Source of the DNA: Octopus vulgaris
Taxonomy: Eukaryota
Direction: 5' to 3'
Assembly (NCBI GenBank): GCA_951406725.2
Contig: OX597832.1
Coordinates: 19,778,001-19,842,000, forward strand
DNA: 64,000 nt
The notes under the pieces were generated by a model. It searched no databases, was not told the DNA's origin, and saw nothing but the letters and a program-made list of their open reading frames with translations. Each line of letters begins with the position of its first letter. Positions within the stretch are counted from its first letter, which is position 1. Shown here one piece after another: positions 41,429-56,263 of the stretch. The position numbers were made by a program, and so were the translations under genes.

Positions 41429-41812
41429 CTAGCAGTATCGCCCGGCGTTGCTCGGGTTTCTAAGGGAAATAACTATATAAGCATTTTTAGAGCGTTATAG
41501 CCAAAAAATAGCCCAAAAAATGCATTTAAAATGGAGAAAAAATGATGGTAATTTGTTTTAAATCGTTGACTCATCGTAGACATTTTTAGAGAGTTACTTC
41601 CCTTATATGATAGCGAAAAGAATGCATTAAAATGGAAAAAATTATTTAAAAAATCGTAGACTCATAGTAGACGCGCGCTAATACCCAGAAGGGCTCGATA
41701 TGAATCGCGACTATAAGATACCCTGTTTTGGTTAAACTGCACCGCAAAATGTGGGAGTAGTTAGGAATCTAAATCGTAGGAGACAGACACACAACTTGAC
41801 TTTTATATATAA

Positions 41813-41815
<3 letters not shown>
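41429..41815 (-). mobile_element. non-autonomous Helitron
   Basis: Minus strand begins TCtttatatataaaag and ends with hairpin cccgagcaacgccggg plus CTAG; inserted between A and T inside a (TA)n tract, no TSD. Confidence 0.92.
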
Positions 41816-41856
<41 letters not shown>

Positions 41857-41858
41857 TT

Positions 41859-42465
41859 CTATATTTGAGATATGAGAGATGTTGACTCTCCTACTAATAG
41901 ACTGATTACATCCACGAGGAAGCGGCTCAGTGGATGATAGGCTGAACCTCTACAGTTCACTATAGGTCTTAATGAAATACCATCCTTGTGAATTTTAGGG
42001 GGACCGTACATGTGTAGTAGTTTAGAATAGCGTTCAGTCAGTTGTCTGTACTTTATTGGTATAAAGTGATGCTTCTTCTTGATCAAGATCTGTGACAATT
42101 TCTTCTCTGTTTTCAGTGTTGGGTCTTTCTTTACTTTGCTATAGCTAACATCACTTGTAAGACTTAACAATTTTTCTGAGTAGTCAGACTTGTTCATCAC
42201 CACTGTAGTATTTCCCTTGTCCGCTAGAAGTATTATGATGGAATTGTCACACTGTAGTCTTTTGATAACGAACTTTTCTTCCTTAGTGATGTTTGGTTTG
42301 GGAAGTTTTGCTTTTTCTAGTAGCTGTCTCACTTTCCACCTTAGTTCATCTCACTGAGGTTTTGGTATCTTTATCGCGATCTATTCAATAGTGAGTATTA
42401 TGTCCAAGTATGGAATGCGCTTACTGGCCGTCGCAAAGTTGAGACCTTTGTTTAGTACTGCTTCT
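41859..42465 (-). pseudogene. Penelope-like element reverse transcriptase, N-terminal fragment
   Basis: VLNKGLNFA...IP..II..IE, NITKEEK, IIILLADKGNTTVVMNK.DY, MYGPPKIHKDGISLRPIV: diagnostic PLE motifs. In-frame stops upstream of the 157-aa ORF. Confidence 0.93.
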
Positions 42466-42535
42466 ACTATCACCGATATATACATGGAATACTTCGAGAA
42501 TTTGGCTTTAGGATCAAAACCACTAAAACCAATCC
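42466..42535 (+). pseudogene. inverted Penelope RT fragment
   Basis: ITDIYMEYFENLALGSKPLKP corresponds to the IANIYMExFE...KP segment preceding RYVDD, on the opposite strand to the adjacent fragment. Confidence 0.7.
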
Positions 42536-42564
42536 TAATATATATGTATGTGTATATATGTGAT

Positions 42565-42778
42565 TCAAAATGTGACCGCGTGTGTACCGTTGGCGATTTT
42601 TTCCTCTCTGTCTTCCTCTCTCTGGATCTTTCCTTCTTCTATGTTTCCGACGAAGAGCTCCACTCGAACTGTTATACCCTTCTTCTTCCCTTCCTTCCTG
42701 AGCGTCCAATAATACTATATTTGTTCCACGTCCTCGCGTTCTTGTGTTTTCTCTTTGTGCTTTCATGTTTCGATTAAC
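42565..42778 (+). mobile_element. Penelope pLTR-like segment with degenerate minimal hammerhead
   Basis: CCGACGA-a-gag ctcca ctc-GAAC-tgtta at 42647-42674, adjacent to PLE RT. Confidence 0.55.
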
Positions 42779-42790
42779 TATATATATATA

Positions 42791-42912
<122 letters not shown>

Positions 42913-43264
42913 CATGTATGTATATATGTATATGTATATATAATATATATATATATACATAAGCCACGATCAAGAATGTAGTAAATGTCATCTTTAATTG
43001 AACATTACATCATATATTACTGATCACTGTTTCTCTTGCGCCAGTATATTTAGACAGTGAAATGGTACCAAAGATCATTCACATCTGTATATACGAAGAT
43101 TTATGCTAGAACGATTCAAGTTAACGTAAACAAGTTAAATTCAAACCGATCTGAAATAATATCTATAATTCATGAACTCTTACAACAATAACATTACGAA
43201 GAATTATAGTATTCTTATCAATACTAGCTTAGTATTTAAACTTATGATGATGTCAATAGGTAAT

Positions 43265-43648
43265 CCTTTCTACTATATGCACAAGCCCTGAAAATTGGAG
43301 GGGGAGGGGTCTAGTCGATTACATTGGCACCAGGGTTCACTTGTAATTAATCCCCAAAAGGATGAAAGGCAAAAACGACGTCGGTGGAATTTGAAATCAG
43401 AACGTAGCGGCAGATGAAATACCTATTTCTTTACTACCCACAAGGGGCTAAACACAGAGGGGACAAACAAGGACAGACGAACGGATTAAGTCGATTATAT
43501 CGACCCCAGTGCGTAACCGGTACTTAATTTATCGACCCCGAAAGGATGAAAGGCAAAGTCGACCTCGGCAGAATTTGAACTCCGAACGTAACTGCAGAGG
43601 AAATACCGTTAAGCATTTCGACCGACGTGATAACGATTCTCGCTGACT
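43265..43648 (-). mobile_element. composite (dimeric) SINE family A with degenerate TSD
   Basis: Two cores joined at gaaatacc|tatttctttac; flanked by tgatgtcaataggtaat and tgatgtcagtagataat. Confidence 0.85.
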
Positions 43649-43749
43649 TGATGTCAGTAGATAATAAAAAATCCAAAAGATAAACATGGACATTCTACGT
43701 CACGAGATTTAGCTATCTAGCTACATATGTATGATAAAATATTTAAAAA

Positions 43750-45058
43750 AAAATATTCATTACATTATAGTAGAAACAATTATAATTCAGGTGTTGTCTA
43801 TTATTGAAATTTTTAAATGCTTTTCTATATTTATGGGAACATTTACACTTAATACTACTTCTACAAGTTACTAATTTTAATTTTGTAGTAATTTTATAAC
43901 ACATTTCCATTTGCCAAGTACCACATTTAAAATTATCAATATTGTACGATGGCTTGTAACTAATAATGTGGCACTTTTTGTCCTAGTTAATGTTTCCCTC
44001 TTTTATATTCCAAGTAAACTTGCCAAGATGCCTAGTATTACATTTCCTCTTGTACGAAAGAAGAATGGCTACGTAATTCCAAATATAGCAAAGATCTTTT
44101 TGTTATAATACGTACGATCTCGAGTATTTGATCCACATTGATATATCATATTCGTCTTTAAACATTGATTTTTCTAAAGGACACATACATTGTTTTTTAA
44201 ATTGTAAAGGCGTGTATTCACTAGCATATAACACTCATGTTTAAAGGAATTAATGCTTCCTCTACTCTCAAAATTAGGTGTTAAACTAGGATAATTTGCA
44301 ATATTATAATTAATATTATTACTGGTACTATCAATTTCAGTTGAAATAACTTTCACTTAAATATCAATAAGTAGATGAGAAAAATTAGCATTCTTATTCA
44401 TCTCACAGTTGACCCTGTCTGTTCTACACGTCTTTATCTATTTTGAGTGCAGATACCATCTGTCTAATTTTAGTGTTGCTATCTATTACTATGATTTCAA
44501 TCAAATTCTTTGTATTTGAATATGAAAGTTTTACCGTATGGCGATTAAATAATTTCTTCTACTTACTTCAAAGTGGGAAATGCTTTTACAGCAAGGAGAT
44601 TCCGAGGAATATTAGTAGTTATGCAGAGTGCATATTTTTTATATAAAATTTTTTCGTAATATCATGTTATCACTATGCTCATAATTCTTAGTTCCAATTC
44701 CAAAGTTAGATGTTCTTCTGTCATATTACTTATGCATAAAGATATTCTTATCTGTAAACTCCTTATCATTATTACTAATGCTCATATGAACCATATCTAT
44801 ACTATCATCAGATTTGGTACTATACTTATTAATATTAATATATTCAGCGGCAAGAGTCACATTTGTAAAACTCTTATTTGCATTATTTTATTTGAAATTA
44901 CATAGCAAATAAGATTCCTTGATGTATTCATTTTAATTACACTCTCTATTAAGGTTAAGCTTGATTAATATCCTTCTGTCATTACCGGGAGATACATTAG
45001 TATCATGACTCTCCATACACGTTGATTTTGTTCCTCTACCCAGCTTCAGATAAACCAT
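43750..45058 (-). pseudogene. unidentified decayed AT-rich coding-like sequence
   Basis: Long frames with sparse stops, e.g. MVYLKLGRGTKSTCMESHDTNVSPGNDRRILIKLNL... and CNTRHLGKFTWNIKEG...FKCGTWQMEMCYK; no microsatellites over 1.3 kb. Confidence 0.3.
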
Positions 45059-45212
45059 GGTTATAGTACTTAACATTTTTGAAAATACATAATTATTTAA
45101 AAAAAGCCTCTAAATACGTATTATTTTTATGATAGGATTTACGTTGAATTATGTTCACTGTGTGTATTCTACATACATGACTTGATTTAATAATTCATTT
45201 TGTCTCTCTTTA

Positions 45213-45250
<38 letters not shown>

Positions 45251-45311
45251 CGTATATATACGTATATACGTGTATATATATATGTCTGTGTGCATATATA
45301 TATACGTATGA

Positions 45312-45352
<41 letters not shown>

Positions 45353-45367
45353 CACATAGATACACCA

Positions 45368-45434
<67 letters not shown>

Positions 45435-45909
45435 CTGAGTTACGAGCGTGACAGTCAGCGTTGACTTCCGACTTCAACTTTGTGTATGACTCTTCTCCTG
45501 CCTTCAAACGGGACACACCAGTCAGCATTATGTTTTTCACATCATGACTACAAGGCAGAGAAACAATACAAATAAGAATCATATTGAAGATCTTGTCTGA
45601 AAATCACACCGTATTCTCAACAAGAGAATATTGCAAGGCGGGTCGTGTTGTCACCACTGCAGCTGTTGAAGCTGTTGTTGATAATAAAACCCACCTGCTG
45701 CTGACTCAGACTCTCATCAGTTAAATCGGCATTCAACGAATGACAGGCTATGCTAGTGAAACGCCATGCTTATACTGATTCAGAGAGAAATGTCATCACT
45801 GCTACTTCTACTCCTTCCTCCACTGTATCAGGTTGATCTGTCATCATCCACTGAACAATGAAATGAATAATTTACAGTATCAATAACTGTAAAGTTACGT
45901 AACTGCAAC

Positions 45910-46165
<256 letters not shown>

Positions 46166-46289
46166 TATATCAATATATATATATATATATATATATAGTT
46201 AAAATATATATATATATATATATATCTTTCACTCTCTCTGTCTATGTATATATATATGCATTTTTTCCCTGTGTGTGTATATTTGTGTT

Positions 46290-46341
<52 letters not shown>

Positions 46342-46442
46342 TATATATATATAAAAGATGAAAAATACAGAGGTAGTTAATAAATTATTATTTATTAATT
46401 AAAAAAATTGACAAACATTAAATTCTTCTCTATGTTTCCTAT

Positions 46443-46574
<132 letters not shown>

Positions 46575-47271
46575 TCATAGATACATAGATGCATAGATAC
46601 ATAGATCGATGTACATATATTTTTTATATTTACATATATATATGTACATATATAAATATATGTAATTATAAAGTATTCCATGTATATCATCTTTACTGTA
46701 CATAAAAACCGGACAATGCTCTAATTTTAAGTGATAACGTCAACGACTCAGTGGTGGTGAGGAGCCAGTTAAGCAGCCCAGAAGTGGCCTTGCATTCAAG
46801 AAAGATTCTTTTGAGTTTATAGTGGAATTTGCCTGGAATAATCTCACAAAATGCTTAAGGATAATGAAACAATAACCGCGTATCTATACTGACTACAATT
46901 AACACGTTGGAAGCAGCTTTGCAGCTACATGTGTCTCATTAGGAGACGCAAAAGGAATCAACCTTCATCAAGATAATACTATACCTCACATTGCACAAAA
47001 AGACCAAAAGATGCATGTATGCATGTATATATGTATGTATATATATATGAATTTATGTAATTTTGTATTTTGGTATGTTTGCTTTCAAAAATATCAACAG
47101 ATCAGCCAAAAGCTATTCGATAGAATAATTCCTTGAGACAATTTTGTTTCACTAAATCATTCGAAGCAGTGCTCCAACATCACCAGACTCCGATGAGCGA
47201 CCAGTAAAGGATTATTAATGAGCAATATATATATATATATATATATATACATAAACACACACACACACACA

Positions 47272-47378
<107 letters not shown>

Positions 47379-47757
47379 GCATGTATATGGATGTATATGC
47401 CTATATACAAATACACCCATGGACTTACAAATGTTCATTGACGGACTGGGTTTAGACATGATAAAAAATACAAAATGTAATCGTTTAGAGGCAATGGCGC
47501 TTTCTTCTATCCGTGCATTTTCACGCCAAAAAACTCGGGTTATATCAAAGAAGAGATACACCTCTAATTTTATTTGTCTAGAAGATATATCGCACTACAT
47601 TTTACTTGAGTATTATGAATTTTTTTTCATAAAGCTTAAACCCACCAAAGATATATACATATATAGATATACACTTACACTCAAAACCATGAGTGCGTAT
47701 GAAAATTTGGCTACGTCTAAATATACGTAAGCACCAGAGTATACGTGTGAATATCTG

Positions 47758-48001
<244 letters not shown>

Positions 48002-48264
48002 TGTATATACGTATGTGTATAGGAATATATGCATGTGTGCATAGATACTATGCAAATGTGCGGCTGCAAGCTAATGCACATGCATATTTGAAACTATATC
48101 TGTTTTTGCATCTGTGTATTATTCAAAAATAAAGGCTTCCATGTTTAGAGTTTTCCATATGCAGAGTTTTATGCTTATATGAATGTGAGTACACCTGTGC
48201 ATAGATGTGTACGTATGTATGCACACGCACACGTACACATATACATAGACATATTTTTTTACCC

Positions 48265-48469
48265 TACTCTTTTACTTGTTTCAGTCATTTGATTGTGTCC
48301 ATGCTGGAGCACCGCGTTTAATCGAGCAAATCGCCCCCAGCACTTATTCTCTGCAAGCCTAGTACTTATTCTACCAGTCTCTCTTACCGAACAGCTAATT
48401 TACGGGGATGTAAACACACCAGCATCGGTTGTCAAGCGATGTTGAAGGACAAACATATACACACTATAC

Positions 48470-48543
<74 letters not shown>

Positions 48544-48705
48544 GATGGGCTTCTTTCAGTTTCCATCTACCAAATCCACTCACAAGGCTTTGGTTGGCCC
48601 GAGGGTATAATAGAAGACACTTGCCCAAGGTGCCACGCAGTGGAACTGAACCCGGAACTATGTGGCTGGTAAGCAAGCTACTTACCACACAGTCACTCCT
48701 ACGCC
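48265..48705 (-). mobile_element. SINE family B, full length, expanded internal (TA)n
   Basis: Reverse complement of 53051-53459. Confidence 0.92.
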
Positions 48706-48870
48706 TGTATATATGAAAATTTGTGAAACATACATATGAATTACATATAAATATATTTAAATGCATATTATATGTATGTAAAAGACTTTCTATTCCTGAG
48801 CGTTATACTAATACATCTGTTTGTTTTGTACACCACCTGTCTTCGTCTTTTGTTTTTTTTCGTAAACTCT

Positions 48871-48976
<106 letters not shown>

Positions 48977-49067
48977 TATGTATGTGTGTGTTTGTGTCCA
49001 TATACGTTTATGTGTGTGTGTGTATATACACTTATACTTATATTTGTATATGTATACATACACACAC

Positions 49068-49110
<43 letters not shown>

Positions 49111-49319
49111 GATAGATAGATAGATAGATACACACACACACACAAACACCCACATATGTATTCACATACACGTACGTGTGGACAAATACTGACGTGCACA
49201 TTCGACGTTCAAGCATGTCTGCGTGAGCTAGTATGATTTGCCTGGTTAATGTATTTTGGCTTGTAAGTTTGTGGATTCAAGTGTGTCTTTCAATTTATGT
49301 CTGCGGTTTCCTTTATATT

Positions 49320-49371
<52 letters not shown>

Positions 49372-50682
49372 CGATGTGTATGTGTCTGTGTCTTTGAACG
49401 GCAGGCTTTGTTAGTAAGCGTGTATGTGTACGAATGTGTACGAATAACGAGTATTATGTTATGTATTATAGTGTACATTCTTTTGTGTGTGTATATACAT
49501 GCCTTTATGTGTGTCTGTGATTATATACATATAAATATTTGTATGAATGAATTCATGTATGTGTATTCTTCTTTTTTATATATAATACGCAGCCCTCTGT
49601 GTAATTCATAGAAATACATACATATATAACATGGATTTTATTTATTATTTTTTTTGTCTTTTTCTCGATCTTATAATCTTTTTTTCTTTCTTGTTTATGA
49701 AATCCATTAGACTATCCTCATACAAAGGATACATTTAAATCACAGACATGTCTGTAGCTTCAAAAACCTTACTTCTATTCAAGGAAGTTAATTTTACATG
49801 CCAAGACGTACTTCCTACTATGAAAACAACAGCAGCAACAGCAGCAACAACAACAGCAGCAGCAGCAGCAGCAACAACAACTACAGTAACAGCAACTGCA
49901 TGCTAAGCTATCTAACGCTCTCATCTAGAACAAACAGCGCCTCTGATAATATTAACAAGCGGCATACTCACTACAACTTACATGTTCACAGAGAGCCACA
50001 GCGACATGCACACGCATACACACACGCACACACATAAAAACACACACAGACACACAGAACACAACACACATTGACACCCAGATATTCATGACCTTGCATG
50101 TTTACATCTAAATATACGAAGAAAGAAAAAATCTCACATTTACATTTACACAACTATTCGCAAACATCCATATATGTGTGTCTTTAACATTGTACTGTCG
50201 CTTACATACTCACAAATAAGCTTTTCATGCATGTGTTACTGTATTTATTTGTTATATTTTCCAAAATATTTAAGTGATGATGGCCACCAATCCGCGTCCT
50301 TGACCTTTGTATAAATTTCCCAAGACTAATGATAGCGTTGCGGCCATTTTCTCTTTCAACACTTGTAGCGCGAAGGCGACAGATGAAGCATAAGGGAATT
50401 CCAGAATGATTCAAAGCAATTTGCTGTAAGCTTCCTGTTTAGTCGTAGATAAGAATTGTTAGGTCGGGTTGCAAGTCCAAGGTTGCCAAATTCGTGGATT
50501 ACATTATTTTTCAGGTGAGCAAGATATTCTTTTGTTTTCATTAGGACTATTTGCGTCTTCAAAATTTTAAATTGTTAAATATAAGAATCCCATTGTACAT
50601 ATATTAATGCCAGTGTGTGTTTGTGTGTGTGTGTATGAAAATGATATGTTTTATAGAACTATAGTGCAATATATACGGACAT

Positions 50683-50895
50683 TACTCTTTTTACTCTTTT
50701 ACTTGTTTCAGTCATTTGACTGTGGCCATTCTGAAGCACCACCATTAGTCGAATCAAATCGATCCCAGGACGTATTCTTTGTAAGCCTAGTACTTAGTCT
50801 ATCGGTGTCTTTTTGCCGAAATGCTAAGTTACGGGGACGTAAACACAACAGCATCGGTTGTCAAGCGATGTTGGGGGACAAACACAGACACAGAA

Positions 50896-50981
<86 letters not shown>

Positions 50982-51115
50982 GACGGGCTTCTTTTAGTTT
51001 CCGTCTACCAAATGCACTGACAAGGCTTTGGTCGGCCCGAGGCTATAGTAGAAACACTTGCCCAAGTTGCCATGCAGTGGGACTGAACCCGGAACCATGT
51101 GGTTCGTAAGCGAAG
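50683..51115 (-). mobile_element. SINE family B, 5'-truncated
   Basis: Reverse complement of 53051-53459; internal (CA)n(TA)n. Confidence 0.9.
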
Positions 51116-51649
51116 CTTCAAGTTGCTCTTTAGACAGGTTTGAAATAACTGTCATTTCACCTGCATCTCATATTCTACCATATCCAGCCAAAAGCGAACC
51201 TGTATACGAATCACTCGGCTTGCAAGAAATAGATACAGAATTTTATTATGACATATATGTGACAGCCGGCGAGATATTGCACCGTAGTCTTCTTGAAATT
51301 ATAATATAAGACGTTGACAGCTATAAGAACCGAAAAATCCAATGATTATTATTATTGGATCATGCGGTCCTTGAAATGCGATGTCTGAACCTGGTAGGAG
51401 ATTGTCATAGCTGTACCGAATTTGACCGTAGGTTTTGCCAGTCAGAGCTCACCCAGGACAAATATCTACAATCGCCATCCGCTCACTACATTATTAGAAA
51501 ATTATTTCTCGGACATTCAGTACAGAGTTATGTTTATGTAATAAACCACTTCCAAGTAAAAAAATAAGATCAGTATGACGGTCCCTTTACTTGAATTACC
51601 AGTTCCATGAAATATTTGGAAGAAAACAGTCCGATCAGTTACAAGTCTA

Positions 51650-51895
51650 AGGCAGCGTGCTTGTAGAACCGTTAGTGTGTCAAACAAAATAGCAATATTT
51701 ATGTCAGCTCTGTACTTGCTGTTTTGAATTTCATTTTGCCTGTTGGGATCGATAAAATAAAAGCACCAGTCGATCTCAGATTAATCGATTACCTGCGGTA
51801 TAGATAATTAATTATCCCTCCCCACCAAAAACCAAAAGAAAAAAGATATATATATATATATATATATCCTGGCCTTGCGTCAAAATTTGAAACAA
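51650..51895 (+). mobile_element. degenerate SINE family A
   Basis: aaggcagcgtgcttgtagaaccgttag head; ggccttgcgtcaaaatttgaaac tail. Confidence 0.6.
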
Positions 51896-53050
51896 TTCGA
51901 ATCTAATTTTTAAAATGGCTGCTAAGTTTTCACCTAACTTCCGTAGCTTTTTGTGAATTACTCGAAATTTAGGGCATTTGGTCTTAAAAGTTTTGAATTA
52001 TCTCTCTCACCTTTCTCTCCCTCTCTTTATCTATGTATTTATCTATCTGTCTGTCTGCCTGTCTGTTTGTCTATTTGTCTGTCTGCCTACATGTCTGTTT
52101 GCATGTCTGTCTGCCTGTCTGCCTTTCTGTCTCTTTTCTGATCTATTCATAAACAACTTTGTCCCTTGTAAAATTGAATCGCTTATATCGATTGGGTCTC
52201 TCTCTAGTTGAAATATGTTCCAAAATATTTTTCTCAATTAAATTACTGTTTAAGTCTATTGCAGTGTGTATGAAATTTCAAAAGCTGACACTGGTTTGTG
52301 AAAAGGTGAGATATTGTGAGGGACACACACACAAAACCAAACACTGGTATATCACATTTTCATCCACTTTCCTACCGATTCTCTTAATTTCTCTTAATGA
52401 ATCTCTCTCAGTAATTATTACTTTAAAACAGGAGAACATTTTAAAATATTTTGAAACATTTCAATGCCACCAGTAGCGTTTCTGTTATTCGGAAAAGCGA
52501 ATGGATCCTCCATCGTTCTTTATCCGGAAGCTAAGTTTTAATGTTAAGTTCAGGAAACCACATACTCATTAAAGTATATGGTTTAAGTGGTTCGATATTA
52601 TGTAACTTTTCAAGTGGAAATTAAAACAATATCGAAGCAAATCAAAGTAAATGCGAAGCAAATTATTTTAAAAATCGAAAACAAATTAAAGTAACCTCGA
52701 TAATCGAAGCAAAGTAATTTGTAGGCATCCAAATATACCATAATGGATATTTATGTTTTGAATTATTTGAAGTTAGACTGATTTGCTTTCAACTGCAATT
52801 TATTTTAACATTTGGGTGGGGTTTTCACTACTGGGATTAATTATGAATATCGATGGTTTGTATTAAAACAACAACAGCTGGCCTCATTCTACTACTAATG
52901 ATATTTCACGAATTTTGAAATTTGGAAGCTAGTAGAGGCAATACAGAATGCCTGCACTTGAAACGTTTCTGAAAATAGTACCTATGATTGAAAATATTTG
53001 GGATGTAGTTAAAAAGATAACAAGCAGATTTTTAAGAATAACGATACATA

Positions 53051-53459
53051 GGCGCAGGAGTGGCTGTGTGGTAAGTAGCTTGCTTACCAACCACATGGTT
53101 CCGGGTTCAGTCCCACTGCGTGGCATCTTGGGCAAGTGTCTTCTGCTATAGCCCCGAGCCGACCAATGCCTTGTGAGTGGATTTGGTAGACGGAAACTGA
53201 AAGAAGCCTGTCGTATATATGTGTATATATGTATGTGTATGTGTGTCATTGTGTGTGCGTGTTTGTCCCCCTAGCATTGCTTGACAACCGATGCCGGTGT
53301 GTTTACGTCCCCATCACATAGCGGTTCGGCAAAAGAGACCGATAGAATAAGTACTGGGCTTACAAAAGAATAAGTCCCGGGGTCGAGTTGCTCGACTAAA
53401 GGCGGTGCTCCAGCATGGCCGCAGTCAAATGACTGAAACATGTAAAAGAGAAAAGAGAG
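53051..53459 (+). mobile_element. tRNA-derived SINE family B, best-preserved copy
   Basis: A-box gtggctgtgtggtaag, B-box gggttcagtccc, central cttgggcaagtgtcttct, internal TA/TG tract, (taaaagag)-type tail. Confidence 0.95.
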
Positions 53460-53936
53460 TATAATTGAAGTCGTCCTTTGCATTTAAACTGTGGATGTGA
53501 TCGAGACTAAATCCAGAACCTAAAATATTAACTGTATTAAATCAAGGAGGTAATTAAACGAATGCTTACCGTTAATATTTCACGCAATTAGCAATCATTC
53601 ATTCTTCAAAAATTTGGTTGAGTCAATCCCACGTTACCTTCACGGAAGAATTAATTCATTCTACAATTTACATGTACAGCCAGATTATATGTGTCTTCCG
53701 GTTTGGCCCGCAAACACCGATTGACAAACGGTGCAGGTTTGTTTACGCGCCCATGAATTAGCGATTCGACAAAAGAGACCAATAGAAAATATGAAATCGA
53801 TTTCCTCGAATAAACACTTTCCGACGATGCCCCAGCATGACCTCAGTTCAGTCACTGAAACCGGTAGAAGACATATATTGTTTGTTTTCTACACCACCAG
53901 TCTTCGTCTTGTGTTTTTTTCGTGAATTCTCCCCCA

Positions 53937-53974
<38 letters not shown>

Positions 53975-54987
53975 AATATGATGATGATCTAAGAGAAATA
54001 TATTGTTTCTCTAGTATTATGACATAGGTTCTATATATACACATACGTCCTGAACATACACATATACACGATGGGTTTATATATTCGACAAGTATTAGTA
54101 TGCATACAGATACAAACTTTATATATACAAGTATGTCTGTGTGTGTGATATATATGAACACATATGCGTATAAATGCTTACATGTGACCGTTTATTTATG
54201 TATGTATATTTGCATATATTTAATATATATATATGGGTATAAAACCATAAAATCATAAATAGATACACATACATACGTACATACATACATACATACATAC
54301 ATACATACAGGTACACATAGATAAATGAATACATACATACATACAAACATACAAACATACATACATACATACATACATACATACATACATACATACATAC
54401 ATACATACATACATACATAGAGCTATATGAGTAAGTATTTATACTTGAATATGTATATTCATGTGCATGTACATACGTACCGATGTATATTATTATAAAA
54501 CATCGCAAATTACATTCCCGCCTAAATAAACTTCGCTGAATAAGAAAGTTACGTGCTACGACTTGCAAAGAATTTTAATATTTCACTCAGAACGGTTATT
54601 CGTAGTCACATAATAAACGCAAGACACGAACTTCTGTTTCCAGGTTTCTTCGAGTGAACTTTGGTATTCATTTTATGATGTTTATGGTCTTGGACGCATA
54701 GTAACTACTATTATATAAAATTATACCTTGAATCATACTGCGCTTAGAAGACTGGTGCCTATTTCATGTCTCTAAATTCTTGGAAAAATTACTTTCAAAA
54801 AATTATGCTTCTATAATGATTATGTAACAGGGTCCTCGGGACATACTTTACAAAACAGCCACGTTTACTGTGATTATGCAACATGTTTGGTCCAAGAGAC
54901 ATACTTATTAATATGTGTTATGATTAAAATGTACTCGACCAGGTATTTTAATAGCTTTTAACAGAGGCTAGTTCCTGGCCTGCTTAA

Positions 54988-55221
54988 CCATTAAGCATTC
55001 ACATTGTTCTTTCCAAACTAATGCTTCTTTATTCACATTGTTTTGAATTAATCATGTATTATCTCGAAGCTATGAGAATTTGGACGAGGTAACTGTTAAT
55101 TTTTAGCATGATATTCTAGTGTTGGAATGAGAGGGTAATTCTGATGTGTTTGAAGATTTAGAATATTTTGACCGGATATGGCTGGTTATGGCCGGATATG
55201 ATCGATTTAAATGTTATATGG
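54988..55221. mobile_element. piggyBac-like MITE
   Basis: TTAA at 54984-54987 and 55222-55225; imperfect TIRs ccattaagcatt / aatgttatatgg. Confidence 0.65.
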
Positions 55222-55384
55222 TTAAAGTTTTCCTGCAGACATAGAACTCTAAATATTTCGATGGTACTTGAGTGTCTTAAGCACAAAATTACATGCGTTT
55301 TAACGTCATGATATTATGCTACTTAGTTGCTAGGTTTAACATGCACCTTGGTCTATCATCGCCAACTTGGTATTTGGTATAATT

Positions 55385-55660
55385 GGCACTCGAAGGTTCC
55401 GGTTGATCCAATCCACAGAAGAGCTTGCTGGTGAAATAAACGTGCAAGTGGCTGAGCTCTCCATAGACACGGGTTCCCTCAACATTGTTTTCATGGAAAT
55501 CCAATTTCAGAAGATTGGTTCTTTGAAATGCAGGTACTACACGTTCTTGCCAGCTGAGTGAAAAGGAACAATTTGAAATAAAGTGTTTTGATCAAGGCCT
55601 CAACACGCCGATGGAAATCGAACTCATGACCGTGATCCTGAGCTGTACACCCAAACCATC
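55385..55660 (-). mobile_element. SINE with family C-like head and a third tail type
   Basis: ccagctgagtg...aaataaagtgttttgatcaagg...aatcgaactcatgacc; tail matches 37675-37788. Confidence 0.7.
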
Positions 55661-56186
55661 GCTATAACATATTTAACGAAATCCATGCAATAAAACAGAC
55701 TACTTTTCGTTCCATTTGGTTGATGTTGCTGCAGACATGTCTCAGTGACGCACCTTTCATGGATCTATTCTACTAACATCATCAACCCTTCAAGAAGTAT
55801 CAGTAAAGATAAAAAATGCGGGAAAATAATCCTAGCTAACTGTTCGAAAGCAAACAAAGCAACTATGGTTAAATTCAAATAGAAAATGAAGCAATGAAAA
55901 ATTGTCTGGAAGAGCTCCTTCTCCTGCGGATTGAGGTTCCAAAAAAACAAAAAAAAAAAAAAAAAAAGTTGGCCCAGAATGTTTCCCAAAACCGTGTATT
56001 TCTGAAGGGTATCATAGGTTCCCTTCTTCTGGAATTGAAATTAGTTCGGCATTTTAACGATAGCTGAGGAAAACTTGCAGAGCTGTTGCAGCCTAAAACA
56101 TCAAATACGTTTCTGTTCTTCACAAACGTACATATGTAGACCGAATGATATACATGCACATAATATCACACACACACACACACACA

Positions 56187-56263
<77 letters not shown>

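Noticed and set aside
51490-51535. KLFLGHSVQSY, reminiscent of a tyrosine recombinase LGH motif
   Set aside because: No upstream HxxR or other catalytic motifs in any frame I checked.
52630-52720. Recurring atcgaagcaaa units, superficially array-like
   Set aside because: Irregular spacing and degenerate units; a decayed minisatellite, not CRISPR, in a eukaryotic context with no cas genes.
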